Assembly (NCBI GenBank): GCA_963755715.1
Contig: CAVWLW010000076.1
Location: forward strand, 49,413 to 113,412
Length of the DNA stretch: 64,000 nt
DNA from: an uncultured delta proteobacterium
GTDB taxonomy: Bacteria; Desulfobacterota; Binatia; UBA9968
Direction: 5' to 3'
A program made the translations under genes and the position numbers. Positions 31,439 through 41,484 of the stretch are shown piece by piece. How positions within the stretch are numbered: the stretch's first letter is position 1; each line of letters starts with the position of its first letter. The notes under the pieces were generated by a model. The model saw nothing but the letters and a program-made list of their open reading frames with translations. It was not told the DNA's origin and ran no database searches.

Positions 31439-31792
31439 TTAGAACCAGTTTAAATGCTTCTCTAATTCTCGCGTCGTCATGACGGTCGCGTTCGAAACCA
31501 AGCTCGCGAGAGTCTCCTTGGGAACCGCGCTTTTAACTGTGTTCGCCCGATCAGACACTATAATGAGTTCCATTGAGCCGCTGATATCCCTTAGATTTAA
31601 AACGGTCTCCGCCAGATCCATCTCTTCGCCGGTCGAGATCAGTATTGCCGCATCAAACATCTCGTGTTGCGCGCGCGATACTGCCATCTTTCCGTCTGGG
31701 ATATGTGTCACTCTAGAAGTCGCAGCCCGAAATATAGCGTTTAATGACTGTGGAATTTCCGAACCGATAACCATGATTTTCTCGAGCGTCAT
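31439..31792 (-). CDS. Stand-alone receiver-like protein lacking the phosphoacceptor Asp
   Basis: KIMVIG...FDAAILIST...LIIVS alternating alpha/beta pattern. Confidence 0.5.
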   Translation of the reverse strand: MTLEKIMVIGSEIPQSLNAIFRAATSRVTHIPDGKMAVSRAQHEMFDAAILISTGEEMDLAETVLNLRDISGSMELIIVSDRANTVKSAVPKETLASLVSNATVMTTRELEKHLNWF

Positions 31793-31884
31793 CGAAAATG
31801 ACCGATCTCGCCGCTGTCAGCGGACGGATCTCACAGTTGCTTCATCTAAATCGTAACAGAGAACAGATTATTCGAAGGAGCACG

Positions 31885-31900
31885 AGCAACCGAGATGCCA
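31885..31900 (-). promoter_or_regulatory. Sigma-54 promoter with upstream paired sites at 31973-31991 and 32013-32031
   Basis: TGGCATCTCGGTTGCT; GTGTGCGGATTTTATACAC / ATGAGCGAAAATTTTACAC. Confidence 0.65.
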
Positions 31901-32094
31901 GGTCGCTACTTCCGCAGGAAATCAGGAAGTTTCAGCAAACATGAAATAGCGATTCGGCGCACACGAAGAAGTGTGTGCGGATTTTATACACTGAGAGCCA
32001 AGCTCGGAGCAAATGAGCGAAAATTTTACACGGCACCGATAGGCGTGCACGTAGGCAAGTTTTCAGCTTAGAGGAAATCTTTCCTGCTCTGTAA

Positions 32095-33110
32095 CTACAA
32101 CAGGTGGTGTCTCTTGAGTTTGTCGTAAAGGGTGCGGCGGCTAATACCCAGAGTCGACGCGGCTTTTTTCTTGTTTCCTGCCGCAGAGGCTAGAGTCATC
32201 GCGATAAATTCCTTTTCCGCAGCTTCGAGGGTCATGCCGATATGGATCGGAAAGCTTGCCAAGAGCGACTCGCGATCGGACTCTCCAGCATTTCTGATTC
32301 TCGCCGGAAGAAGATCGGAGGTGAGCTCGTTCATCTTCCGCTACCAGGACCGCACGCTGGATAACATTCTTAAGCTCGCGCACATTGCCGGGCCAGGAAT
32401 AACTTTCGAGACATCGGAGCGCATCCGCGGAAACTGAGCGCAAATCTTTTTTATACATCCGACCAAATTGAGCCAGGAAATGTTGGGAGAGAACCCTGAG
32501 CCCGCCCGGTCTGTCTCGCAAGCGGGGGTAAATTGATGCGAAAAACATCGAATCTATAGTAGAGATCTTCGCGAAATCTATTGTTTTTAATCGCCGCTTC
32601 GAGATTTTCGTTAGTTGCGCCGATGACCCGAACGTCGACACGAATGTCCCTCTCACCGCCAAGCCGACGAAACGTTTTTGTTTCTAGCACGCGAAGCAAA
32701 GACACCTGGCATTTCTCATCCATCGTGCTGATTTCGTCGAGGAAGATCGTCCCGCCGTCGGCGAGTTCGAAACTGCCTTTGCGCGCAGCCATGGCGCCGG
32801 TGTACGCTCCCTTCTCATGTCCGAAGAGCTCACTGGCGATCAATTCTGCAGGCATCGCTCCCGTGTTAACGGCGACAAACGGCTTGTCTTTCCGCCTGCT
32901 TCGATTGTGAATCGCGCCGGCAACGAGGTCCTTCCCCGTTCCTGTTTCGCCCGTGATCAACACAGGAATATCTGCCGAAGCGGCGTCGATAATGCTTTGG
33001 AATACTTCGAGCATTGGCAGACTGACTCCAAGCATCCCTTCGAACTGATTGGGAACAGAGGTTTGCGCAGAGGAGGTGCGCTTAGTTTCGGATTGAGATT
33101 GTTTTGACAT
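32095..33110 (-). CDS. Sigma-54 enhancer-binding protein without N-terminal sensor (frameshifts)
   Basis: GETGTGKD, GAYTGA, FLDEI, WPGNVREL, Fis HTH. Confidence 0.88.
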
Positions 33111-33441
33111 AATGCCCGTTCGGTAGCGAAGCGCTGTACGAATATCAGTAACGGATTAATTTGTCTATTTCTAACTACTTGCGAGCGCTCAAGAAACATC
33201 GTCGGTCACACGCAATTCAACTTCTAGACAACCTGATCCGTTGGCGACGTCGAAATCGTTGCAGTTTGGCGATGCAAAATTTGTCTTGGAAGGTCATATA
33301 AGCAGGCGCGCTCCGTGCGATTGGGAGCCTGCAGCTTAGACCCCTGATATTGGCTTTAGGTATTCCAGAGTATAAAAACCAGCTGGGTATGATTCACGAA
33401 ATTTCTTGCGGTGTCTTGGCGTTGGCGGAAGCGACAAGTCG

Positions 33442-34734
33442 ATGAAGATAAAAACACTCGTATTTTTCGTGATTCTCGCTTCAGTCGTATTCGCGGGCGC
33501 GCAAGGTCACGGAGATGCGATCAACGATCTTCTGCTGGCTCTCGTTATTCTTTTGCCGGTCGCAAAGCTGGCCGGGATGTTGGCCGAAAAATTGGCGCAA
33601 CCTGCCGTCATGGGAGAGCTGCTGGCGGGCTTGATTCTCGGTAACCTGAGCCTACTAGGGATGGACGGCCTGATTTTCTTAAAGACCGACACTGGACTGG
33701 AAATTCTCGCCCAACTGGGAGTCATCCTCCTGCTCTTTGAGATCGGTCTCGACGCCAGCTTGGCCGATCTCATGAAAGTCGGCGTTTCATCGCTGCTCGT
33801 CGCCGCCGTCGGCGTGGTCTTGCCGTTCGTATTGGGTTGGTCGGTGAGCGCTTGGCTGCTGCCCGATCGTTCGTTCTACGTACACACATTTATTGGCGCG
33901 ACGCTTTGCGCAACCAGCGTCGGGATCACGGCACGGGTGCTCCAAGACATCGACGCCATGCGCACGCAGGAGGCGAGAATAATTCTCGGCGCGTCGGTGA
34001 TCGATGATGTGCTTGGCCTGCTCATCCTGGCTGTGGTCTCCGGTATGATTGTCGGAGCTGATCGAGGAACACCGGTCTCAGTTGGATCGATTAGCTATCT
34101 GATCGGCACCGCCATAGTATTTTTGGCGGGCTCCTTGTTTGTCGGTATCCGGCTTGTGCCGCATATTTTTCGCCACGCGGCGAAAACCCCGTCGCGCGGC
34201 GTGCTCTTCACCTTGTCGCTGAGCTTGTGTTTCCTTTGTCTTATTTGTCGGCGACGATAGGGCTGGCGCCGATCGTCGGCGCCTTTGCTGCGGGATTGAT
34301 TTTAGAATCTGTGCCCATGGAGAAATATTTACAAGCGGAGGAGCTGTCGCCCGATAAAATGCTTCATCCCTTGTCCGCATTTCTTGTGCCGTTATTTTTC
34401 GTCCAGATGGGTTTAAAAATTGATTTTGGCAGCTTGTTTCGCATTGAAGTATTGGCACTGGCGACTGCGCTGACCGTGGCGGCTATCGTCGGGAAGCAGG
34501 CATGCGGGTTGGGCGCTCTGGACAAAAATCTGAACCGGATTTCGATCGGCATTGGCATGATTCCCGCGCGGCGAAGTCGGATTGATCTTCGCCGGCATCG
34601 GGCTCACTCTCGCGGTCAAGGGCGAAAGGATCCTCGATGACGCGGTGTTTTCCGCGATCCTCGTCATGGTGATGGTGACGACGATCATAACTCCGCCGCT
34701 TTTGCAGTGGAGTTTTACGCGCCATGGAAAATAG
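33442..34734 (+). CDS. Cation:proton antiporter CPA2/NapA-like (frameshifts)
   Basis: GELLAG, ATSVGIT, VIDDVLG, GMIPR. Confidence 0.87.
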
Positions 34735-34871
34735 GGAACCTCTTGCAATTCCCCCATACTTTTATCGAGCTTTAACATTGTGAACTGATCCCGAGTTTTC
34801 ACCACACACTCCAGCGGTTGGACAAAAATTTCTGCGGCGCCAATTCACGTCGACTGTTGTTTGACTTCAAT

Positions 34872-34908
34872 TGCTTAGAATTTAGGCTTCCCGCCTAATT
34901 GCTAGGCA
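34872..34908. promoter_or_regulatory. Tandem NtrC-like enhancer sites (TGCCTA-N5-TAGGCA type)
   Basis: TGCTTAGAATTTAGGCT and CGCCTAATTGCTAGGCA about 100 bp upstream of a sigma-54 site. Confidence 0.65.
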
Positions 34909-35005
34909 TATAATTCCCTCGCCGACGACAGCTCTGGGCCATCGTTCCAAACAATTTATAAGGATTCCAAGAACTAGCACGTTGTCCAGCGTTGCTATTT
35001 AGCTA

Positions 35006-35021
35006 TGGCATCACGGTTGCT
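35006..35021 (+). promoter_or_regulatory. Sigma-54 promoter of glnK-amtB
   Basis: TGGCATCACGGTTGCT. Confidence 0.8.
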
Positions 35022-35076
35022 CTAGCCCAAATGAAACGAAAAATTTTTCTGTTCAATCTTAATGGCCAGGTTTTGA

Positions 35077-35430
<354 letters not shown>

Positions 35431-35461
35431 GAACACGCACACGATATAAAGGGGGGAAATC

Positions 35462-37318
35462 ATGAAACGAAAAATCTTTGGCTACGTGTTTGCGTTCATG
35501 GCGATGCTGCTGTGGGCGAGTTTGTCTGATCGGGTTTCTTTCGCGGCCGATGAAAGCAAGGAAGGGGCGCCAGCAGCGGAGGCGCCTAAAGCTGAAGCTC
35601 CGTCCGCTGCGCCTGCTGCACCGGCGGCGGCAGCGCCGGCGCCGAAATTACCGCCGTATTTCACAGCGACGAGTCCGGATCCGAAAACGCCCGCACCTTG
35701 GCCCGATCCGACGGGCTCTGCCTCTGGTGTGTGGGCAACTCCAGCCGGTGACGGGAAGGGTGATGTTCCTGATAAGCTGTCGATGCAAGATCTCTATGAT
35801 CGGATGGCGCACAACCTATATTCTATTAATTACGTTTGGGCTCTGGTCGCCGGTTTTCTAGTCATGTTCATGCAGGCTGGCTTCATGCTCGTTGAGACCG
35901 GGCTTTGCCGCGCGAAAAATGCGTCGCATACCGCAGCCATGAATCTCATGATTTATCCGCTAGGCTGTCTCGCGTTTTGGGTCTACGGGTTCGCCATCGG
36001 GTGGGGCAACTGGTGGAATGGTCCCGTCGCTCCAGGTTGGTACCCGTCTCTAGGTCCAGGCCTGTCACTGCTCAATGAGGGTTGGGGCTTGGGTGCGGCT
36101 GTCGATGCGGCGGGAAAGGCAACAGGTGCGTTTACTTATGGCCTAATCGGTTTGAAGGGTTGGTTTTTGACCGGTGCTGTAGGCGATACCGCAGTTTTGG
36201 TGTTGTTCTTTTTCATGATGGTTTTTATGGATACCACCGCAACGATTCCCACCGGTGCGATGGCCGAACGCTGGGCCTGGAAGAATTACTGCCTGTTCGG
36301 ATTGTGGATTGCGCTGCCTTATTGCCTCTACGGCAATTGGGTGTGGGGTGGGGGTTGGCTAGCCCAAGGCGGCGTAAATTGGGGACTTGGTCATGGAGCG
36401 GTCGATTTCGCCGGTTCTGGTGTTGTTCACGCAATGGGTGGCGTGATCGCGCTCGCGGGAGCCATGGTTCTCGGGCCGCGCATTGGCAAATTCAATGCAC
36501 AGGGTAGACCGAATGCCATGCCTGGTCACGACGTGCCGATGGTCGCGTTGGGAACGTTCATCTTAGCTTTCGGTTGGTTCGGTTTTAATCCGGGCTCGAC
36601 ACTCGCGGGCACCGATTTGCGAATCAGCTACGTCGTTGTGAACACGATGCTCGCCGGCATCGTTGGTGCGCTCGCTGCAATGGTGACACTCATGATGAAG
36701 GGGCTTAAACCGGATACCACGATGATGTGCAACGGCATGCTTGCTGGCTTGGTCGCGATCACGGCGCCATGTGCGTTCGTCGATCCGTGGGCGGCGGCTG
36801 TCATCGGTTTGGTGGCTGGCTGGCTCGTGGTGGTAAGCGTGTTCTTCTGGGAAGCTCGGGGCATCGACGATCCTGTCGGTGCGATCTCCGTTCACGGAGT
36901 CAACGGGTTGTGGGGCGTTATTTCAGTAGGCATATTCGCGACCGGCCAATATGGCGCCGGCTGGAACGGTGTCGTGCGCGATGGGATGGTGAAGCTGTAC
37001 GGTTCAGACGGTGTCCGCGGTCTGCTTTACGGCGATTTCTCACAGTTCATCATGCAAGTGATCGACGCAGGCACTGTGGCGGTCTTCGGTTTCGTGATGG
37101 CATTCGTATGGTTCAAAGTCAGTGATCTCATCACACCGATTCGCGTCAGCAAAGAAATTGAGATCGAAGGTCTTGATGGTCCGGAAATGGGTGTGCTTGG
37201 TTACCCAGATTTCCAGCTTCATCCATCGGCATCGGGAGGCAGTGCAGCTATCGACGTCGGCAGTGCAGCCGCGTCTGCACCTTTGGGTGTGCAAGTAAGA
37301 AAGGTTGTTACCGACTAG
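35462..37318 (+). CDS. amtB: Ammonium transporter with long N-terminal extension
   Basis: MQAGF, DFAGSGVVH, GWFGFNPGS, DDPVGAISVHG. Confidence 0.95.
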   Translation: MKRKIFGYVFAFMAMLLWASLSDRVSFAADESKEGAPAAEAPKAEAPSAAPAAPAAAAPAPKLPPYFTATSPDPKTPAPWPDPTGSASGVWATPAGDGKGDVPDKLSMQDLYDRMAHNLYSINYVWALVAGFLVMFMQAGFMLVETGLCRAKNASHTAAMNLMIYPLGCLAFWVYGFAIGWGNWWNGPVAPGWYPSLGPGLSLLNEGWGLGAAVDAAGKATGAFTYGLIGLKGWFLTGAVGDTAVLVLFFFMMVFMDTTATIPTGAMAERWAWKNYCLFGLWIALPYCLYGNWVWGGGWLAQGGVNWGLGHGAVDFAGSGVVHAMGGVIALAGAMVLGPRIGKFNAQGRPNAMPGHDVPMVALGTFILAFGWFGFNPGSTLAGTDLRISYVVVNTMLAGIVGALAAMVTLMMKGLKPDTTMMCNGMLAGLVAITAPCAFVDPWAAAVIGLVAGWLVVVSVFFWEARGIDDPVGAISVHGVNGLWGVISVGIFATGQYGAGWNGVVRDGMVKLYGSDGVRGLLYGDFSQFIMQVIDAGTVAVFGFVMAFVWFKVSDLITPIRVSKEIEIEGLDGPEMGVLGYPDFQLHPSASGGSAAIDVGSAAASAPLGVQVRKVVTD

Positions 37319-37347
37319 ATGCAAGTTTCGAAGTAAAGCGCAAAACT

Positions 37348-37374
37348 GCCGGGATCGCTGTCAGCGATCCCGGC
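37348..37374. repeat. Perfect GC-rich hairpin after amtB
   Basis: GCCGGGATCGCTG-T-CAGCGATCCCGGC; no T-run on + strand. Confidence 0.6.
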
Positions 37375-37469
37375 GGGGGCGCTTACGGTAGATTCCCGCC
37401 AGTTCTCTCTTGTGGACATTTCAACCGCCAGCAACTTCGCCGATTTCGGAGTGAAGCTTTAATGCCTAC

Positions 37470-37506
37470 TGCTCAGAAGTTAGGCTTCACGATTAATCAT
37501 TAGGCA
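37470..37506. promoter_or_regulatory. Tandem NtrC-like enhancer sites upstream of glnA
   Basis: TGCTCAGAAGTTAGGCT and CGATTAATCATTAGGCA, same 20-bp spacing as 34872. Confidence 0.65.
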
Positions 37507-37599
37507 ACCCTCGCATTAAACAGGCGGTCTGATCGTTCTCCAAGCAAAAATTTCTTTTTGTTTTTGGCGGTGAGCCGAAGGTCGCGGAAATAATGTTTG

Positions 37600-37615
37600 T
37601 GGCATTGAGCTTGCT
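37600..37615 (+). promoter_or_regulatory. Sigma-54 promoter of glnA
   Basis: TGGCATTGAGCTTGCT. Confidence 0.8.
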
Positions 37616-37680
37616 CATAGATTTTGGCGGCGGGCGATTCACGCGAACATTTCTACGGGGCTCTAAATCGAGGAGTTTTT

Positions 37681-37791
37681 ATGAAGATGGTTAAAGCGAT
37701 CATAGAGTCCTTCGAATCGGACGAAGTGAAGCACGCGCTCACCACGGCCGATATTGGTTCATTTCTCCAGCCGTCTAAGCGGCTGGGATAA
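37681..37791 (+). pseudogene. Truncated P-II (glnB/glnK) relic, 36 codons
   Basis: MKMVKAIIESFESDEVKHALTTA vs Gln[24 protein letters not shown]; retains GAGGAG RBS. Confidence 0.8.
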
Positions 37792-37837
37792 TTTTTTCAC
37801 TGGATTCAAACGCGACTTCACTTAAGGAGGCAAATAC

Positions 37838-39256
37838 ATGTCAGTGAAAGACGCCTTAGAGATGGCGAAGAAGAATAAGGTCGAGATCGTGGATTTGAAG
37901 TTTGTCGATTTTCCCGGGTTATGGCAGCACTTTTCGATCCCGGCAGCCGAGTTATCCGCCGAGCTGTTCGAAGAAGGATTGGGGTTTGACGGTTCCAGCA
38001 TACGCGGATTTCAATCGATCAATGAATCCGACATGATTTTGCTGCCCGACGCCGACACCGCCATGATGGACCCGTTCACCGAACACTCCACCATCAGCTT
38101 TATCTGCAACGTCCTCGACGCCATCACCCGCGAGTCCTACACCCGAGACCCGAGATACATCACCCAGAAAGCCGAGAAGTATTTAAAGTCCACCGGCCTA
38201 GCCGACACCAGCTACTGGGGCCCCGAGATCGAGTTTTTTATCTTCGACAGCGTGCGCTTCGACCAAAACCATCATGAGGGCTACTACCATATTGACTCGG
38301 TCGAAGGCTTTTGGAACTCCGGCAAAGGCGGAGACCAGCCCAATCTCGGCAACAAGATTCGATACAAAGAAGGCTACTTCCCCGTCCCCCCCATGGACCA
38401 GTACCAGGATCTAAGATCCGAGATGGTGTTAAATTTAGAGAAATGCGGAGTCAAGATCGAAGTCCATCACCACGAAGTCGCCACCGGCGGCCAGACTGAA
38501 ATCGACATGCGCTTTGACACCATGACCAAGATGGCCGACAAGGTGCTGACGTATAAGTACGTGGTCAAGAACACCGCCAGGAAGAGAGGCAAAGTGGTCA
38601 CGGTCATGCCCAAGCCCTTGTTTCAAGACAACGGCTCCGGCATGCACTGCCACCAGAGTCTGTGGAAAGCCGGGAAGAATATCTTCTACGACAAGAAAGG
38701 CTACGGGTTGATCAGCGACACCGCCCGATACTACATCGGCGGGTTGATTAAACACGCCCACGCGCTCTGCGCCTTCATCGCCCCCACGACCAACTCCTAT
38801 CGAAGACTGGTCCCCGGCTATGAAGCGCCGATCAATTTAGTCTACTCGGCCAGAAACCGCAGTGCCTGCGTGCGTATACCCATGTACTCCACCAGTGAGA
38901 AGGCCAAGAGACTAGAGTTTAGGACCCCCGATCCCAGTGCCAATCCGTACTTTGCCTTCCCCGCCATGCTGATGGCGGGACTGGATGGGATCAGAAACAA
39001 GACTGAGCCGCCCAAGCCGATCGACAAGAACTTATATGAGCTAGAGCCCGAAGAGGCGGCCAAGGTGAAATCGATGCCGGGGTCGTTGGATCAGGCGCTG
39101 GATGCTTTGGAGAAGGATCATGAGTTTCTGCTCAGAGGGGATGTATTCACCAAGGACGTGATCGAGACCTGGCTGGAGTACAAGAGAAAGGCTGAGGTCG
39201 ATGCCATCCGTCTGCGTCCCCATCCTTGGGAGTTCGCTCTGTACTTCGATATCTGA
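37838..39256 (+). CDS. glnA: Glutamine synthetase type I
   Basis: FDGSSI, HHEVA, NGSGMHCH, NLYEL adenylylation site. Confidence 0.97.
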   Translation: MSVKDALEMAKKNKVEIVDLKFVDFPGLWQHFSIPAAELSAELFEEGLGFDGSSIRGFQSINESDMILLPDADTAMMDPFTEHSTISFICNVLDAITRESYTRDPRYITQKAEKYLKSTGLADTSYWGPEIEFFIFDSVRFDQNHHEGYYHIDSVEGFWNSGKGGDQPNLGNKIRYKEGYFPVPPMDQYQDLRSEMVLNLEKCGVKIEVHHHEVATGGQTEIDMRFDTMTKMADKVLTYKYVVKNTARKRGKVVTVMPKPLFQDNGSGMHCHQSLWKAGKNIFYDKKGYGLISDTARYYIGGLIKHAHALCAFIAPTTNSYRRLVPGYEAPINLVYSARNRSACVRIPMYSTSEKAKRLEFRTPDPSANPYFAFPAMLMAGLDGIRNKTEPPKPIDKNLYELEPEEAAKVKSMPGSLDQALDALEKDHEFLLRGDVFTKDVIETWLEYKRKAEVDAIRLRPHPWEFALYFDI

Positions 39257-39260
39257 TGGC

Positions 39261-39353
39261 AAGGACTGAGGACTGAGTAACGAGGACTGCGCAAGGAACA
39301 AACGTGACTCGCGCCGCCTAGCCGACAACTCAGTCCTCAGCGACTCAGCACTA
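39261..39353. repeat. Heptamer repeats (GGACTGA-like) with an inverted set
   Basis: ggactgaggactgagtaacgaggactg ... ctcagtcctcagcgactcagcact. Confidence 0.6.
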
Positions 39354-39372
39354 AGCCGCGTGAGGGACCGTT

Positions 39373-40119
39373 ATGGAAGAGGTCCTGGTTTTCCAGCATG
39401 ATCCGTTCGAAGACTTAGGATTTTTCGCCGAGGTTTTAGAAAAGCAAGGATCGGATTATCGAGTTGTTCGTTTGTTTCACGGCGAAATGCCGGCGGAGGA
39501 ATGGGAACATGTAAGCGCGCTGATCGTTCTCGGCGGGCCGATGAACGTCGATGAGGAGGAAAATTTTTCTTTTCTCCGCTGGGAGAAAAGAATTATTCGC
39601 GCCGCGATCGACGAGGCAGTGCCCGTATTGGGCATCTGCTTGGGGGCGCAGCTAATCGCCTCCGCGCTTGGCACGGCAGTCTTTCATGGTCCCGTCAAAG
39701 AAATCGGTTGGAGCCCAATTTCCATCACGCCGCATGGCCAGGTGGATTCGCTGCTCGGTTATTTGCCCGAGAGCGCGACGGTTTTTCAATGGCACAGCGA
39801 TGGCTTCGAATTACCCGCCGGCGCGATCCGGCTCGCGTCGTCGGCCCATTACAGCACCCAAGCTTTTCGCCTCGGCAAAACGATTTACGGCTTGCAGTTT
39901 CATCTCGAAGTGACGCCGCGCATGATCGAGCGCTGGCTCGACGAGCGTTCGAAAGATTTGGCGCTCGCACCCTACGTCCTACCCGACAAAATTCGCGCCG
40001 ATACGCAGAGCTACGCGCCGACCTTGAAATACTACGCGGAGCGATTTTTATCCGAGTTCGTTCGGCGCATGTCGCGTTCACGCAATCGCAAAGTGGATGG
40101 AGGCCAGGCGACTGAATGA
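39373..40119 (+). CDS. Class I glutamine amidotransferase-like protein
   Basis: LGGP, GICLGAQ, QFHLE triad. Confidence 0.9.
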   Translation: MEEVLVFQHDPFEDLGFFAEVLEKQGSDYRVVRLFHGEMPAEEWEHVSALIVLGGPMNVDEEENFSFLRWEKRIIRAAIDEAVPVLGICLGAQLIASALGTAVFHGPVKEIGWSPISITPHGQVDSLLGYLPESATVFQWHSDGFELPAGAIRLASSAHYSTQAFRLGKTIYGLQFHLEVTPRMIERWLDERSKDLALAPYVLPDKIRADTQSYAPTLKYYAERFLSEFVRRMSRSRNRKVDGGQATE

Positions 40120-40703
40120 GACGCGTCCTGGTCATCGACGATCATGAGTCCTCGCGCAAGCAAATCCTTGCGACATTAAAAGACGGCGGATACGAGATCG
40201 CCGGCGAGGGGACCAGTGGAAAACTGGCCGTGGCCTTGGCACGGACGGCGCTGCCGGACGTGCTTTTGATGGCCGTCGGTCTGCCCGACCTCGACGGGAT
40301 CGAGGCGGCCCGCGACGTGATGCTCGCACAGCCGCTGCCGATCGTTCTAGTGACCAGTCACTTCGACAGCGCAACGGTAGAGCGCGCGAAATCGGCGGGC
40401 ATCAGAGGATATCTGGTCAAGCCGCTGCGGGCTGCGGAACTCAGTCCGGCGATCGAGCTCGCCATCGCGCAGTTCCGCGACTTTGTCTCGCTCAGAGCTG
40501 AAAACTCAACGCTCAAAGAAACTCTCGAAGCGCGCAAGCTCATCGAGCGCGCCAAGGGCTTGTTGATGGAGCAAAGGCGTATTTCGGAAGAACAGGCCTA
40601 TACCTTGATCAAGAAAACCAGCATGAACATGCGCAAGCCCATGGCGGACGTCGCTCAGGCGATCATTCTGGCCGGCGGCTTTTTCAAGGGCGAGAAGAGT
40701 TAG
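40116..40703 (+). CDS. ANTAR-domain antiterminator with pseudo-receiver (NasT/AmiR-like)
   Basis: RKLIERAKGLLM ANTAR; DVLLMAV has Ala at the phosphoacceptor position. Confidence 0.9.
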   Translation: MRRVLVIDDHESSRKQILATLKDGGYEIAGEGTSGKLAVALARTALPDVLLMAVGLPDLDGIEAARDVMLAQPLPIVLVTSHFDSATVERAKSAGIRGYLVKPLRAAELSPAIELAIAQFRDFVSLRAENSTLKETLEARKLIERAKGLLMEQRRISEEQAYTLIKKTSMNMRKPMADVAQAIILAGGFFKGEKS

Positions 40704-40825
40704 ATAATTCCACACAGACTCGACCGCTGCCATGTCTCTAGGCAGACCCTGACTTCCACATGTGCAACAGCGGCGCAGCCCTGATCGGCAGCGCTGAAAT
40801 TGCAACGATTTCTCTCGCGCGATTA

Positions 40826-40841
40826 TGGCATAACGATTGCT
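40826..40841 (+). promoter_or_regulatory. Sigma-54 promoter of nitrate-assimilation operon; enhancer TGCCATGTCTCTAGGCA at 40728-40744
   Basis: TGGCATAACGATTGCT. Confidence 0.8.
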
Positions 40842-40853
40842 CATAAAATCAAC

Positions 40854-40920
40854 GAGGGCAACGACGCTTTCTTTGAGCAAAGGCGCTCATCGGGAATCCG
40901 ATGGAGCGCCTTTTTATTTT
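40854..40920 (+). ncRNA. ANTAR dual-hairpin leader RNA overlapping an intrinsic terminator
   Basis: GC-AACGAC-GC and TGAGC-AAAGGC-GCTCA hexaloops; GGCGCTC...GAGCGCC-TTTTT terminator. Confidence 0.85.
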
Positions 40921-40935
40921 ACGAAGGAGGGTGGG

Positions 40936-41136
40936 ATGACCAGAGCGCGGCAAAAAAGTCCGACCGGCAGGATCTTCGACAATATTCTTTTTTTGGCGGA
41001 AGTGTTCGGCGATCAGGCGGACCAAGATATCCCGAAGATGCCGGTGTTGGAGATGGCGCAGTGCTTCGACCTGCAAGCCCCGAGAGTCAGCCCTCCGAGC
41101 CGGCGTCGTAGCAAAGCCTGGGCGTTATGGAAATGA
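40936..41136 (+). CDS. Hypothetical protein (66 aa), first gene after the ANTAR leader
   Basis: AAGGAGG RBS, ATG 40936. Confidence 0.55.
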   Translation: MTRARQKSPTGRIFDNILFLAEVFGDQADQDIPKMPVLEMAQCFDLQAPRVSPPSRRRSKAWALWK

Positions 41137-41142
41137 ACGTAG

Positions 41143-41481
41143 TTGAAGTATCGGGTCAGCGACACAGCCGGCTGGGTCATCATCAGACCGTCCGGCAAGG
41201 CTCAAAACAACGAGCCGCTGCGGGTTAGATATCTGTTTCGACGCTGGTTATCGCGTGACGGTGTGCGCGTGATCGTCGACTTGAAAGAGCTGGATCAGTT
41301 CGGCGTTTGGGAAGTCGGATTGCTGACTTCATTCAAAAGAGAAGTCGATCAACGCACCGGGGTCCTTCGTATCTGCAGCCTAGATCCAAACCTGGAAGGC
41401 TATTTTAAAAAAGATCGCTTTGCGTGCCAGTTCGATATCTACCAAGACCTCGAAAGCGCGATGACGCCGGAAAGGAAGTAG
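41143..41481 (+). CDS. STAS-domain protein
   Basis: VIVDLKELDQF...GVLRIC...FDIYQDLESA. Confidence 0.75.
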   Translation: MKYRVSDTAGWVIIRPSGKAQNNEPLRVRYLFRRWLSRDGVRVIVDLKELDQFGVWEVGLLTSFKREVDQRTGVLRICSLDPNLEGYFKKDRFACQFDIYQDLESAMTPERK

Positions 41482-41484
41482 GAG

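Noticed and set aside
39261-39353. CRISPR array
   Set aside because: 7-nt units without unique spacers; no cas genes in the window
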